From assembly GCA_973895155.1 (NCBI GenBank), contig OZ316894.1, positions 14,151,680 through 14,215,679 on the forward strand: a stretch of 64,000 nt of DNA, written 5' to 3'. Positions 49,401-61,900 of this stretch are shown piece after piece. The position numbers and the translations under genes are program-made. Numbering within the stretch: position 1 is the first letter of the stretch; each line of letters starts with the position of its first letter. Below the pieces are notes generated by a model, which worked only from the letters and a program-made list of their open reading frames with translations, searched no databases and was not told the DNA's origin. This stretch comes from Marsupella aquatica. Its lineage: Eukaryota; Plantae; Marchantiophyta.

Positions 49401-52400
49401 CTCTATCGGGTCACTAGAGATCAGAGCAGGGGGCAACAGTACCATAGATCGTCAACCCTGGACTTCATGGGGAGTCAATGGAGAGGCCAATGGGCTTTCT
49501 TTTTTGCAACAACATGGTATTGCTACTCCTCAGGTTGCAGCATAGCAACCATAGTTGGCATTCTTTGCCCCTTCTACCAAGGTTATCATTGATAGTTGGG
49601 AGCCAACTGATGGCCCCAAGATCACTGGAGGTGAGAGACGATGTGTATGACAGTTTTTGCGGAGTTATGGAAATTGTTTGCTTTCAACATGTAGGGTTTG
49701 GGCATGTTAAAGGGACCAGGCATCCAAATAGATTTGGCAGTTGATACGCCCATCTTTTGGATACCATATCGGTATTATGATATGGAGAGGGCACTAATTC
49801 AGGCAAGGTGCCAGGATTTTGTTGGTAGAAGGAATTGTGGAGAAGTCATTTGGTGAGTATGCTTTTGCCATTGTGATGCCAGCAAAGAAGGATATGCATG
49901 GCAATTGGACTAATAGGAGGATGTGTGGAGACTATCATCCAATTAATCAGCATACTAAGTCTGATAGGTTTGCCATGCCCACCCTAGAGGAGATATTTGA
50001 TACCATTGGGCATGCGAGAGTATTTAGCACATTGGATCAGGATTGGTGACAGGCAAAAGACAGCATTCTAGGGGATTGTTGCTCATTGTTGTATCAATGA
50101 CTATTTTCACCAGCTGAGTTTCGAAGGGTCATGGATTGGATTTTGGCAAACCTGGATTTTGCCAAATATTATATAGATGACATTATTGTCTATAGTGACA
50201 CTGTGGAGGAGCATGCTATATATTTGCAACAGGTGTTTGAGCGACTCCGAGAGTATGGATTGAAGTTGCATCCTGGAAAATATAAGTTCTTCCATGACCA
50301 GATTGCATATTTAGGGCATAGCATTTATTCAGGTGGATTGGGTGTGTAGCAAACAAAGGTGGAGGAAATTGTTGGCACCCCTTAGCCTACAGATGTGAGT
50401 AGAGTCCAAGCATTTTTTGAGCTTGCAAACTTCTACCGAAGGTATGTGAAAGGATTCAGTGCAATTGCAAAACCTTTGACATTACTTACAAGACTGGACC
50501 ATGAGTAGCAATGGGGTGTTGACCAGGATAGAGCTTTCTATCAGTTGAAGGAAAAGTTCACATCAGCACTCATCTTGAGGAAACCTATTAGGGGACGTCC
50601 ATTTAGGTTGCATACTGATTGGAGCATGCTGGGACTTGGAGAAGTGCTCACTCAATAGGATGACGAAGGAAGGAAGTTTGTGGTAGCATATGCCAATCAA
50701 TCAAATAACATTGCAAAATCAAAGTATGGCTCCTATGAGGGATTATGCTTGGTTGTAGTGTGGGCAATGGCTCATTTTTTATGTTACTTGTTTGGCAATC
50801 CCTTCACTCTTGTTATGGATCACCAACCACTCAAATGGTTGATGGAATCAGACAAACTTATTGTTAAGCTTGCTCATTGGGCACTCATACTTTAGGAGTA
50901 TGATTTTGAGGTCTTGCATAGACCTGGTCACTTACATTAGGATGCTGATGGATTGAGTCATAATCCTTGTCCAAGCCAGAGGGATTTAACAGGAGCACAT
51001 TGGCATGATGAGGCAGATGAGGAGATGGTGCCAGGTTGACATGCTTCTACTTATTTGTGCTTGTTGTTAAGTCTGGATGGTTTTGGTGTAGTGGCATCAT
51101 TAGAGAGACCCAATGCAGACTTTGTGGATCCAGAGATTTCTAGTGAGGAGTCTGTTGGACATGATATTCATGATGATGTAGATGTTGTGTGTATCTATGC
51201 ACAGGTAGCATGCCAGGCATGATAATTGCCAAGGAGAGAGATTGGATCCTACAACAAGCTAAGAGGTTTAGATGGGAAGGATCTCACCTATTGAGAGTTT
51301 GGGATGATGACAGGGTGCGGTTGGTACCTCCTTTATCCCAGCGTGCACGGTTGGTGCGACATGCTCATGAAGAGCTTGGACATTTTAGAGTGAAGCGGAC
51401 ATATAACTTACTCCAGACCCAATATTGGTGGCGTGGAATGCATGCTGAGGTGCAATAGTTGGTGGCGCGGTGTATTGTGTGTGATAGAGTGAGAGCATCA
51501 TTTAATGCTCCTACCTTGCAGCTGCATCCCTTGCCAATCTTGGGCTTGGGATATTGTTGGAGTTTAGATTTTGCTGGACCCTTATCATTGACTAGACATC
51601 ACAACCGTTATGCTTTAGTGATGGTGGAACACTTTTCTAAATGGATTGAGTTGGTTGCATTGCCAAATAAAGGTAGTGAAGGAGTTGCCTATGCCTTTTT
51701 GGATCGTGTATTGAGCCATTTTGGTGCTCTAGCTAAGATTTTGACTGACCAGGGGACTTTGTTTTGGGAAGATTTTTAGGCCTTGTATGATCAAGCATTG
51801 ATTGATCACCATACTACGTCTAGGGATCATCCGGAGGCAAACGGATTGGCAAAAATAGTTGTCCAGACAATGAAGAGAGGATTGCGGAAGTATGGCTTGC
51901 AAAAGGATCATGTGAGTGATTGGGATATCCAACTATCATGGTTAGCGATGGGATATTGTTTCAGTAGGCAAGCATCTCTTGCATCCTTTTCACCATATTT
52001 GCTGCTCTATGGTAGAGAGCCAGTGTTGCCAACAACCATTCAAAGGGAGGTTGGTGAGGTGTTGCAGTTGGATGACCTTGATATATGGATGCAAGCTTTT
52101 TCTCAACAGGCAGACTAGTTTTGGAGAGTGATGCCCATGGCGTTTGAGAACTTAGCTATTGCGCAGCATCAAGATACTTTGAGGTATGCCACTATTCGGG
52201 GAGGAGGATGTTGCCCTAGCATTAGGCAATTTCGTTCTAGAGATTATGTGTATCTGCAACAGACAACACCTATTACTTTGGATGTTACTACCAAACGTAC
52301 TATTCTGCAAGTGCAAAAGGTTCTGCCATCAGGCATCCTGATTTTAGAACGTCGTGACGGTATAGTTTGAAAGGATCATGTGCGTAACTATGCACCTTGT

Positions 52401-52896
52401 CACCTTCCAAACATTGATGATAGCATAGATCCTAGTCTAGCAGTGGTACCTGCAGGTTTATGATGTATGTTGTGTGGATCTGCCCGTGGAGTTGCAACCA
52501 TGTTGATTTGTGATGGTTACTCAAGAGGTTGGCACTTGGCATGTTTGACGCCACCTCTTGATTCAGTCCCTGAAGGACGATGGTTGTGTCCCAATTATAG
52601 ATAGAGATTGACTTTAGTTAGCATAAAACTTATTAGATAGTATAGATTGCAGGTAGGCGATTAACGATGGGGCTCCTTTGCACCCGGCCTCTTGATCTGT
52701 GCACCCAAAAGGTGTATACTTCCTTTTAGTTTTAGGGCTAGTTGTAGTTAGCGGGAAATCCTAAACCCTAACCACCAGGTAGGGGGGGTGGTTATGGATT
52801 TCAGCATACATATGTTGTGTGTTGTGTGATTATATTTTTCTTGTTTACATGATGTGCTGCTATGTGAGTTGTGTATGGATGTGTGTCCGCACGGCA
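46450..52896 (+). mobile_element. DNMT/PHD-carrying Ty3/gypsy element, copy 2 (5'-truncated, decayed, divergent subfamily)
   Basis: PR 'LLDLGAQPLMLG...YDVLVG'; DNMT LELFGGMSTG, GWPCRG (48665-48682), ENV (48802), WWTNL, DERERATGF, RHILGHAMDL; RT YIDD; RH TDWS; integrase; PHD ~52464-52600; PPT aggggggg 52781-52788; terminus CACGGCA at 52896. Confidence 0.88.
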
Positions 52897-53499
52897 ATCC
52901 CCAACTTGTCCCAAGCGCCAAAACCAACTTGGCCCCAATTCTAGAAACCGTCTCTATGGATCCAACTCAACCAATTCAAGAGTTTGAGGGCATGATGCAC
53001 TTGGACCTCAACACCCATGTCTACTTTGCATTGCCTCCCCAATGCAAGCTCCCATGGGAAATTGAATGCAACTTGGCTGCTATTTTGATAGGATTCTTAA
53101 GCAGGCAAGATAACCCTAGCAAGCCATGAGGACCAAAGGCATCCCAAGACCCAGTGATATCAAGAGAAGATGCCCCTCCTTTGTTGGATAAATTCTTTAT
53201 CCCAAGACACCATGCACATGTAAATACCATACAAAGTAATCGACACAACGAGTACATGGTTCACCTCTCGATTGAGGCTACGTCCATGGGAAAGCAAGAG
53301 ACCTTTACTTCTCTCTTGCTCCACTCCAACAATGAACTGAAGATCCACCAGGGGCTAGCATCAGCTCTGGTTATATACAGCATGCATCACTGCTAACCTT
53401 AGCTAAGTCCTAACTTGAGTTAGCCTAACTGTGGTTAGCCCTAGAGTCACAAGACTAAAAGCAATATTCAACAAACTCCCCCTTGACTCTAGTCTTGGG

Positions 53500-56400
53500 G
53501 ATTGAACTAATTGCTACCATATGGTCTTGAGAAACTCTCCAAAATAATCACTTTGGTAAAAGCATCAGCCGGGTTGAGTTTACTGTCAATCTTGACTAGC
53601 TCAAACTGATTATTAGACACACCCTGCCTAATAAAATGGTAAATTGACGTTGATGTGCTTCACCTTACTGTCCATCACTTGGTTCACAGCAAGGTGAAGA
53701 ACACTCTGACTATCATAATGGAGCTTCACATTCCCCTGTGGCAATCCCATCTCAGTGATAAGTCTATCCAACTAAATAGCTTCCTTTGTTGTTTCCGCTG
53801 CTGCAACATACTTAGCTTCTGTAGTAGAATGAACAATACACTTTTGCAAAGTAGACCTCCAACTTATGCATCCACCGCCAAGTGTGAACACATACCCAAT
53901 TGTTGATCTCCTCCAATCCAAATCATGTGCATAGTCAGCATCTACATAGCCCATCAATGATTTTGCATTATCAGCATGTGCATCAAACAAAAGACCATGA
54001 TCCATGGTACCCTTCAAGTACCAAAAAATCCACTTCACTGCTTCCTAGTCTACCTTCCTTGGATTTGATATGTACCTGCTCACCTTGCCCATAGCCATGG
54101 TAAGATCAGGTCTAGTGCAAGTCATCAAACACATGAGACTCCCCATTGCCTTGTCATAAGGAACCTTTGACATCAGCCCCCTCTCTGTCTCATCCGTAGG
54201 ACAAAAAGCTGATGACAACTTGAAGTGTGGAGCCAACAAGGTACTTATTGGCTTGCTATCCCCCATGTTGAACCTTGCAATTACCTTCCTTGCATAACTG
54301 CTTTGCGTCAACCATAGCTTACCAGCCTTCAAGTCCCTAGTGATCTCCATACCCAAAATCCTCTTAGCTAGCCCTAAGCCCTTCATCTTAAGCTCTGCAC
54401 TAAGAAGTACCTTGAGCTTAACAATCTCAGATCTATCCTTGGCCGCAATAAGCATGTCATCCACATAAAATCCCGCATAAAGTACTAAAATAATAAAACC
54501 AATATTGACAATATTCTTCACCAGTTTAAGATACACACAAAGATCAAATATACTCTTGTGAAAACCCTCTGCACGAATCCAATCATCAAACTGCTTATTC
54601 CATTGCCTTGGTGACTGCTTCAACCCGTACAAGGATCTGAGCAATTTTCAAACCAAATCCTCTTGCCCTTTCTTCACAAAACCTAGCGGCTATCTCATGA
54701 AGATCATGTCTTCCAATGTGCCATAGAGGAAAGCTATGACAACATCCATCTGATCTAGCAGCAGACCAAATAAAACAACAAATACACACAATAGTCGTAT
54801 TGTAGAGTACTTAGCAACTGGTGAGAAGACCTCATTGTAATCCACACCTTTTTCTTGTGTGAATCCCTTGATTACCAACCTAGCCTTGTAGACCTTTGAT
54901 CCACCTCATGTGGACTGATCCTTCAACTTGTAAATCCACTTGCTAGACTTCAGGAAGCTTGACCAACTCCCAAGTCTTGTTGGGGCCATATGATCATTGT
55001 TAGACGCAATTTGAATATCATCTAGTTTAGATGAATCTGCCCATTGTCCATACCTGGTAGGAGCTCTAGTAAAATGACTTGAAGTTTGTCTAGTAGATGA
55101 TTTAGGCTGATCTTCTGCTACTGCTGGCTGAATTTGAGGGACACCAACATCAATCTGCTCCTCTTGTTCCATCACAAGAACTAGCTCCATACCCTAAGCA
55201 TCTCTTTCTTTCCTGTCAAAAACATCATCATGACTTATCTCCCCCCAACCGGGTCCGGGATAGGAGATTTTCTCTTGTCAGTATGGGAGCCTTGAGAACT
55301 CTTCTCCTCCTTTGATGATCTGGATTCATTAAAGGAACCATCTCTATTGACAATTATCTTAGAGGTTGTTGGATCCCATAACCTTTTACACCTTCCTGAT
55401 ACCCAAGGAAAATGCATTTACTCGACTTGGACTCCAACTTAGACCAAAGTTGGGAAGGTGTAAGCACATAAGAAGGGTTTTCACCGTGAGAGCAAATAGC
55501 AAACAAATTTACTATTATGAGCAAAAATTTACTGTTATGAGAAAAATAGACAATCTAAAAATATGTCATTAACAATCACAATTTTCAAAATAATTTAAAA
55601 CACGATAATTTTTTGCTAGTGTAAGGCAATACTATTACTACTTGGGGTGCTAGCCAAAAAATATAGACCCTACAAAAACATTTAATATTTTTCCTCCCAA
55701 AAACAAAATACAAAAAAATAAAAAATAAAAAAATTCCAAAACATTTACCACCCGTTTGTTGTTATGAGTAACTATTTGTTGTTTGCTATTTACTGTTTGT
55801 TGTCACGGTGGTTATATTTGCACATAATATCACAGCCAAAAACCCTCAGATGTGAATAATCTGCTTGACGCTCATACCTGATTTCAAATGGCGTCTTGAA
55901 TCCAATTGTATTGGATGGAGAGAAATTTACCAAATAAGCTGCAGTGTTAACAGCTTCTGCCTAGAATTCATGTGGTAAGCATAATTGGCTCAACATACTC
56001 CTCGAGCGCTTCAATAGTGTTTGGTTGAGCCTCTCAAAAAACTATTTTGCTGAGGAGTATAACTTGTTGTGAGATGACGTGTAATCCCCTATTCCTTCCA
56101 AATTCACCAAAACTGTATTTACTGTCGTAACCCGATCAAAGATATCTCACCTTGTTACTAGTCTAATTTTCAACTCGGGCTTTTCACTCCTTAAAAGTGG
56201 CAAAAACATCAAACTTATTGTGTAGAAAGTATATCCACACATACCTTGAGTAATCGTAAAAAAACGTGACATAATAAACTCTTCCAGATTGTGAAGGAAT
56301 AGGGGCTGGTGCCCACACATTACTATGTACATACTCAAGTACCTCCTGGCTGGTGTGAGTTCCAACTCCGAGGGGTTTCCTATGTTGTTTTCCAAGCACA

Positions 56401-57218
56401 CATAGAAATCTAACTTACAAGATTGCAAATTAGAAAGTAATCCTTTTTTCTGAAGAACAACCAACCATTTTCACTCATGTGACCCAATATGAAGTGCCAC
56501 AATCGGGTCGTCTCCTCATGAGACAAGGTTACATTGGCTTCATCACAGACTATATTGCCCTCCAAAACGTATACATTTGTGTGTCTCTTTCCCTTCAATA
56601 CAACCTTAGTACCAGTTGAAACCTGAAAGACACCATTTGCAAAACTTCACCGATGGCCATTTGCTTCTAACATTCCAAGTGAAATGAGATTTTTCATCAT
56701 GCTGGGAATATGTCTCACATTTCTCAAAGTTCTCACAACACCATCAAACATCTGAAATCTCATAGATCCAAGTCCAACCACTTGACATGGGATTCCATTT
56801 CCCATCAATACTAAACTGTTGAAAATTGTGTAAGAACAAAAAAATTTCTCCTATAGCAAATGTGAAAGGTACATGCACCATCTAGTATCCAGTCATCATC
56901 ACCTGGATGTGACACTACGTTGAGAGCAAAACCTTGGCATCATAAAATGTCATCATCAAGTAAATCTACCTTATGTGCGCTAGATGTCGCATTAGCTGAT
57001 GCGGTAGAGTCCTTTACCCGACAATCCCTCTTCATGTGGCCAGACTTGCCACATCTCCAACATGCAAGAGGCTTCCTCTCTTGTGATTTCCCTCTAGATT
57101 TAGATCGTCTCCTTGACTTAGATCTAAACTTGTTTTCTCCATTCGTCCACTAAGTAGACCTCCCACGGTTCACATTCAATGCAGCACTAGATGAAGATGT
57201 TGTTTGGGCTTGACTCGA
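53500..57218 (-). pseudogene. Copia gag C-end, protease, integrase, RT and RNaseH (many frameshifts)
   Basis: CWRCGKSGHMKRDC; DWILDGACTFH; LWHFILGHMSE; LRSLYGLKQSPRQW; YVDDML; GYVDADYA...RSTIGYVF...STTEAKY. Confidence 0.9.
55475..55810. mobile_element. AT-rich MITE inserted in the copia integrase
   Basis: Inverted termini (GGGTTTT)CACCGTGA ... TCACGGTG with subterminal AAATAGCAAACAA inverted matches; no clean TSD. Confidence 0.6.
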
Positions 57219-57222
57219 GGCT

Positions 57223-60200
57223 TGTCGTGTGCATACACATCGCTACACAACATACATCGCTTGTCACACATATCCAAGCATAGTCACAATCCACTAACAC
57301 AAACATAAGAGAATGGAGTACAAATGGAACCAATATCCACACATGCCCAAAACCCACAATAATCTTTTTTGGATGAAATCGAACAACGATCAGTGCTAAT
57401 CCAACAACGATCCCGTCCAACTCGATCACACATATATGTCAAGCCCAACGCACCTTGTGCTTCAAGGAATCCACGTTAAATGCACACAACCTGGTCAACC
57501 ACACCATAGCCACCAAGCTCATGCTCAAAGGCTTAACATTGAAAGATGAGGCCTTTGAGCCAACACAAGGGGATAACTATCCCTCACACCAACTCAAACT
57601 AAACACAAAGTGCTCATATAGCACACATACAAAACCTCTATACCCTAGATAGTACGATATACTTTACTACCACTCTAAATGGTGTGACAGCTGTCGTGCG
57701 CATACACATCGCTACACAATATACATCGCTTGTCACACATATCCAAACATAGTCACAATCCACTAACACAAACATAAGAGAATGGAGTACAAATGGAACC
57801 AATGTCCACACATGCCCAAAACCCACAATCGCCCCCCTAGCTGGGAGTGAAGTCCCCTAACTCTAGCTAGCCATGAGTTCTACAAGGTTAATATACACCT
57901 TTTTAGGTGCGAAGATCAGGAGGCAGGGTGCAAGTGAGCCCCATCGATCACCTACCTGCAATCTATATCTTCCACAAGAACACAAATGATAACTAGTTGG
58001 CATCACCGACATTGAGGACAAAACCATGATCCGCTAGGAATCATGTGCAATGGTGGTGTCAAACACGACATGTGTCATCCTCTAGAACACCTATCACAAA
58101 TCAACATAGTAGCTGGTTCCCGAGCAGACCCACACAACATACACTTCAAGCTAGCACGAACATGTGCCAAGCTTGGATCCACAGTGCCATCAATGTTTGG
58201 AAGGTGACATGACGCACAATTACGCACGTGATCCTCCCAAACCATATCATCACGCCCTTCCAACATAAGGACTCTAGAAGGCAACACTTTACGCACACGC
58301 AAGATTGTCCGCCCTACGGTCACATCAAGCGTTGTTGGTGCTGTCTGCTGCAAATAAACAGAATCGCCAGGATGAAATCTCCTAATCCTCGTGCGATAAC
58401 CTCCTCCACGAATAGTAGCATACCGCAAAGTATCACGATGCTGGGCAATAGCAAGGTTGTCAAAGGCCATGGGCATGACTCTCTCAAAAACTTATGCCCT
58501 CTCTGAACAAACCTTTACCCAAATATCTGGATCATCCAAATCCACAACAGTTGCAACATCACAACGAATAGCCGTTGGCAAATCTGGCTCTCTACCATAG
58601 AGCAAGAAATAGGGTGAGAAGGATGCAAGTGATGCTTGTCGACTGAAACGGTAGCCCATAGCTAACCAAGGTAGTTGGAGATCCCAGTCTCCCAAATGAC
58701 CAACCTGCAAGCCATATTTGCGCAATCCTCTCTTCACAGTTTGTACAACTCTCTCTGCCAATCCATCCGCCTTAGGATGATCGCGAGAAATAGTGTGATG
58801 GTCAATCAGAGCTTGCTCACACAAAACCTCAAAATCCCCATAGAATTCCGTGCCCTGATCAGTCAACACCTCAGCTGGTGCTCCAAAGTGACTGAGTACT
58901 CGATCCAGAAATATGGTAGCCACTCCTCTACTAGCTTTATCTGGCAATGCCACTAGTTCAATTCCACTTGGAGAAGTGCTCCACCATAACCAAAACATAA
59001 CGGTTATGTCGTTGGGTGAGAGGCAATGGACCAGCAAAGTCCAAACTCCATCTGTACCCCAAACCCATGATTGGCAATGGATGCAACTGGGGAGTGGGAG
59101 CATTAAATGATGCCCTCACTCGATCACATACCACACACTTAGCTATCAGTTGCTGGACATGAGTGTGCATACCACGCCACCAATACTGTGTCTGTAGCAA
59201 ACTGTAAGTGCGCTTCACACCAAAGTGATCCAACTCCTCGTGCGCATGTCGCACCAAATGTACTTGTTGTGATGGTTTTGGTACCACCAATACCTTACCA
59301 TCACGTAGTACTCTCAAAAGATGGTTTCCTTCCCATCGAAACCTCTTGGCTCTCTGTAGAACCCTGTCACGTTCCTTGGCATCAACACTGCCAACAATAG
59401 AACCACTGAGCAAATATTCCAACACTCTCACATCATTGTGAATATCTTGTTGTCCAGAAGTTACCTCACCAACATACACATCTGAAGACTCATCATCTAC
59501 TTCATCCAATGAAGTAGAATCCACAGATCCACTGCATGCTGGAACCCAACCAAGGAAGGCAGATGCATGCCATCCTGGAACCATCTCCTTATCTGACTCA
59601 TCATGCCATCTGGCTCCAGTCTCATCCTGCTGACTGGTACATGGGTTGCGGCTCAATCCATCCGCATCCAAGTTCACTTTTCCAGGTCTATGTACAACCT
59701 GGAAATCATATATTCCTGCAATAACAATGCCCATCTTGCAAGCTTCCCAATAAGCTAGTCAGACTCCATTAACCACTTGAGAGGCTGATGATCAGTGATC
59801 AAAGTGAAAGGATTACCAAACAAGTAACAACGGAAGTGTGCCACAGCCCACACTGCTGCCAAACACTCTCCCTCATAAGAGCTATACTTAGCCTCTGCTG
59901 AATTGTTTGATCTACTGGCATATGCCACAACAAACTCATGCCCTTCATCATCTTTCTGAGTCAGCACTGCTCCAAGTCCTACTCCACTCCAATCAGTGTG
60001 TAGCTGAAATGGTCTCCCTGAAATGGGTCTTCTCAAAATAGGGGATGATGCCAATCTTTCTTTCAACTCCTGAAAGGCATGCTCCTGATCATCACCCCAA
60101 ATCCATTCCTGATCCAACTTAGTGAGTATGGTCAAAGGTTTAGCAAGCTGGCTAAATCCTTTAACATACCTCCTATAGTAGCTCGCCAATCCCAAGAATG

Positions 60201-61305
60201 CACGAACTCTGCTCACATCAGTAGGACGAGGAATCTGTGTAATGGCCTCCACTTTAGTCTGTTGTACACCCAATCCCCCTGGGTATATAGTGTGGCCCAA
60301 ATACTCAATCTGTTCTTGGAAGAACTTACACTTGCCGGGATGGAGCTTCAATCCATGTTCCCTCAATCTCTCAAACACAATCTGCAAGTGTCGTTGATGT
60401 TCTTCCATAGTAGAAGAATAAACCAAAATATCATCAATATAACATCTGACAAAATCCAAACCTGCAAGGATTCGATCCATGACTCTCTGGAACTCAGCTG
60501 GTGCATTCTTCAACCCAAATGGTAAGAACAACCACTAATACAAACGATCCTTGCCATAAGAATCAATTCCCCAGAATGTTGTCTTGGACCTGTCAGAATG
60601 TCTGATTGGAAGCTGATGGTACCCTGCCCTCAGATCCAATGAACTAAAAACCTTTGCATGCCCCACTGCATCAAAGATCTCCTCAGGTGTGGGCATGGCA
60701 TATCGATCAGATTTTGTCTGACGATTAATAGGTCGGTAATCACCACACATACACCTATCCGTGTAATTACCATGCACATCCTTCTTGGCTGGCATCACTG
60801 TGGCAGATGCATACTCCCCGTATGAGGTCTCCACCAAACCAGCCTCCAACAAATCCTGAGTTCTGCTCTGAATCAAAGCTCTTTCCATGTCACTATAACG
60901 ATATGGTCTATGAAAGATTGGCGCATCACTAGCCAATTCAATCTGAATACCAGGGCCCTTCAATGTCCCCAAATCCTTCATGCTGAATGCAAAACAATTC
61001 CAGTAACTCTTCAAGAATCGATGCATGCGACGTCTCTCCTCCCCAGTCAACTTAGGACCAATCTGTGGCTCCCAACTCTCCACCAGATCAGCGCAATGCA
61101 CACAACCTGGTCAGCCACACCATAGCCACCAAGCTCATGCTCAAAGGCTCAACATTGAAAGATGAGGCCTTTGAGCCAACACAAGGGGATAACTATCCCT
61201 CACACCAACTCAAACTAAACACAAAGTGCTCATATAGCACACATACAAAACCTCTATACCCTAGATAGTACGATATACTTTACTACCACTCTAAATGGTG
61301 TGACA
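57223..61305 (-). mobile_element. Copy 3 of the PHD-integrase gypsy family (internal deletion removes gag-PR-DNMT), with split/permuted repeats
   Basis: TSD GGCT (57219-57222 / 61306-61309); removing the insert and one TSD restores the copia gag frame (KKLGQA|SSQAQ). Repeats A 57223-57360 / 57692-57829 and B 57479-57689 / 61095-61305. RT YIDD, RH TDWS, integrase, PHD ~58010-58143; PPT revcomp at 57830-57840. Confidence 0.92.
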
Positions 61306-61309
61306 GGCT

Positions 61310-61900
61310 TGACCCAATTTTTTCTGTGCATCATCTGACAACAAAGAGCATACTACCTCATCGTATGAAATAGACTTTAGGTCTCTATACAAGAGAACCT
61401 ACTTCAAACCCTAATAAGATGGGGGTAAAGAGCTAAGAAGAAGCAAGGCCTTATTCTCTTCTTCAATGCCCTTACCAAGATTAGACAAATCAATAGCTAG
61501 GCTGTCAAATTCATTCAAGTGATCCTGAAACTTATTCCCCTCTTTGAGCCTCAGGCTCATCAAGAGAGAGTTCTTGTATAATTGGTCTGAGATATCCTTC
61601 CGATAGTACTTCTTTCTTAAGGCTTTGAATAGAGATGCACAATCTGCGTAGTCATCCAACTTCTTGATGATATGCGGCTTCAGATAAAGCATCACCGCAT
61701 TCACTGCCATCACTTATTCCTGCCTCCACCTCTTTAGTGGAATCTCCTTTTCACCATCATACATCTCTTGTGTAGAGAGAAGATGATCTAGGCCCATAAC
61801 ACAAAGAACTCATTTCACTTGCTTCTCCCAAAGCAAGTAGTCCGTACCCCCATCACACTTTTTGACCTCAAACTTGACACCTCCAAACCTGTCATATTTT
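61310..61900 (-). pseudogene. Copia gag N-part
   Basis: ORF 61411-61713 'DHLNEFDSLAIDLSNLGKGIEEENKALLLLSSLPPSY', a typical copia Gag. Confidence 0.85.

Noticed and set aside
57223-61305. DIRS/PAT/Ngaro tyrosine-recombinase element because of the split repeats
   Set aside because: It encodes a DDE integrase, has a PPT and a 4-bp TSD, and no tyrosine recombinase motifs are seen.
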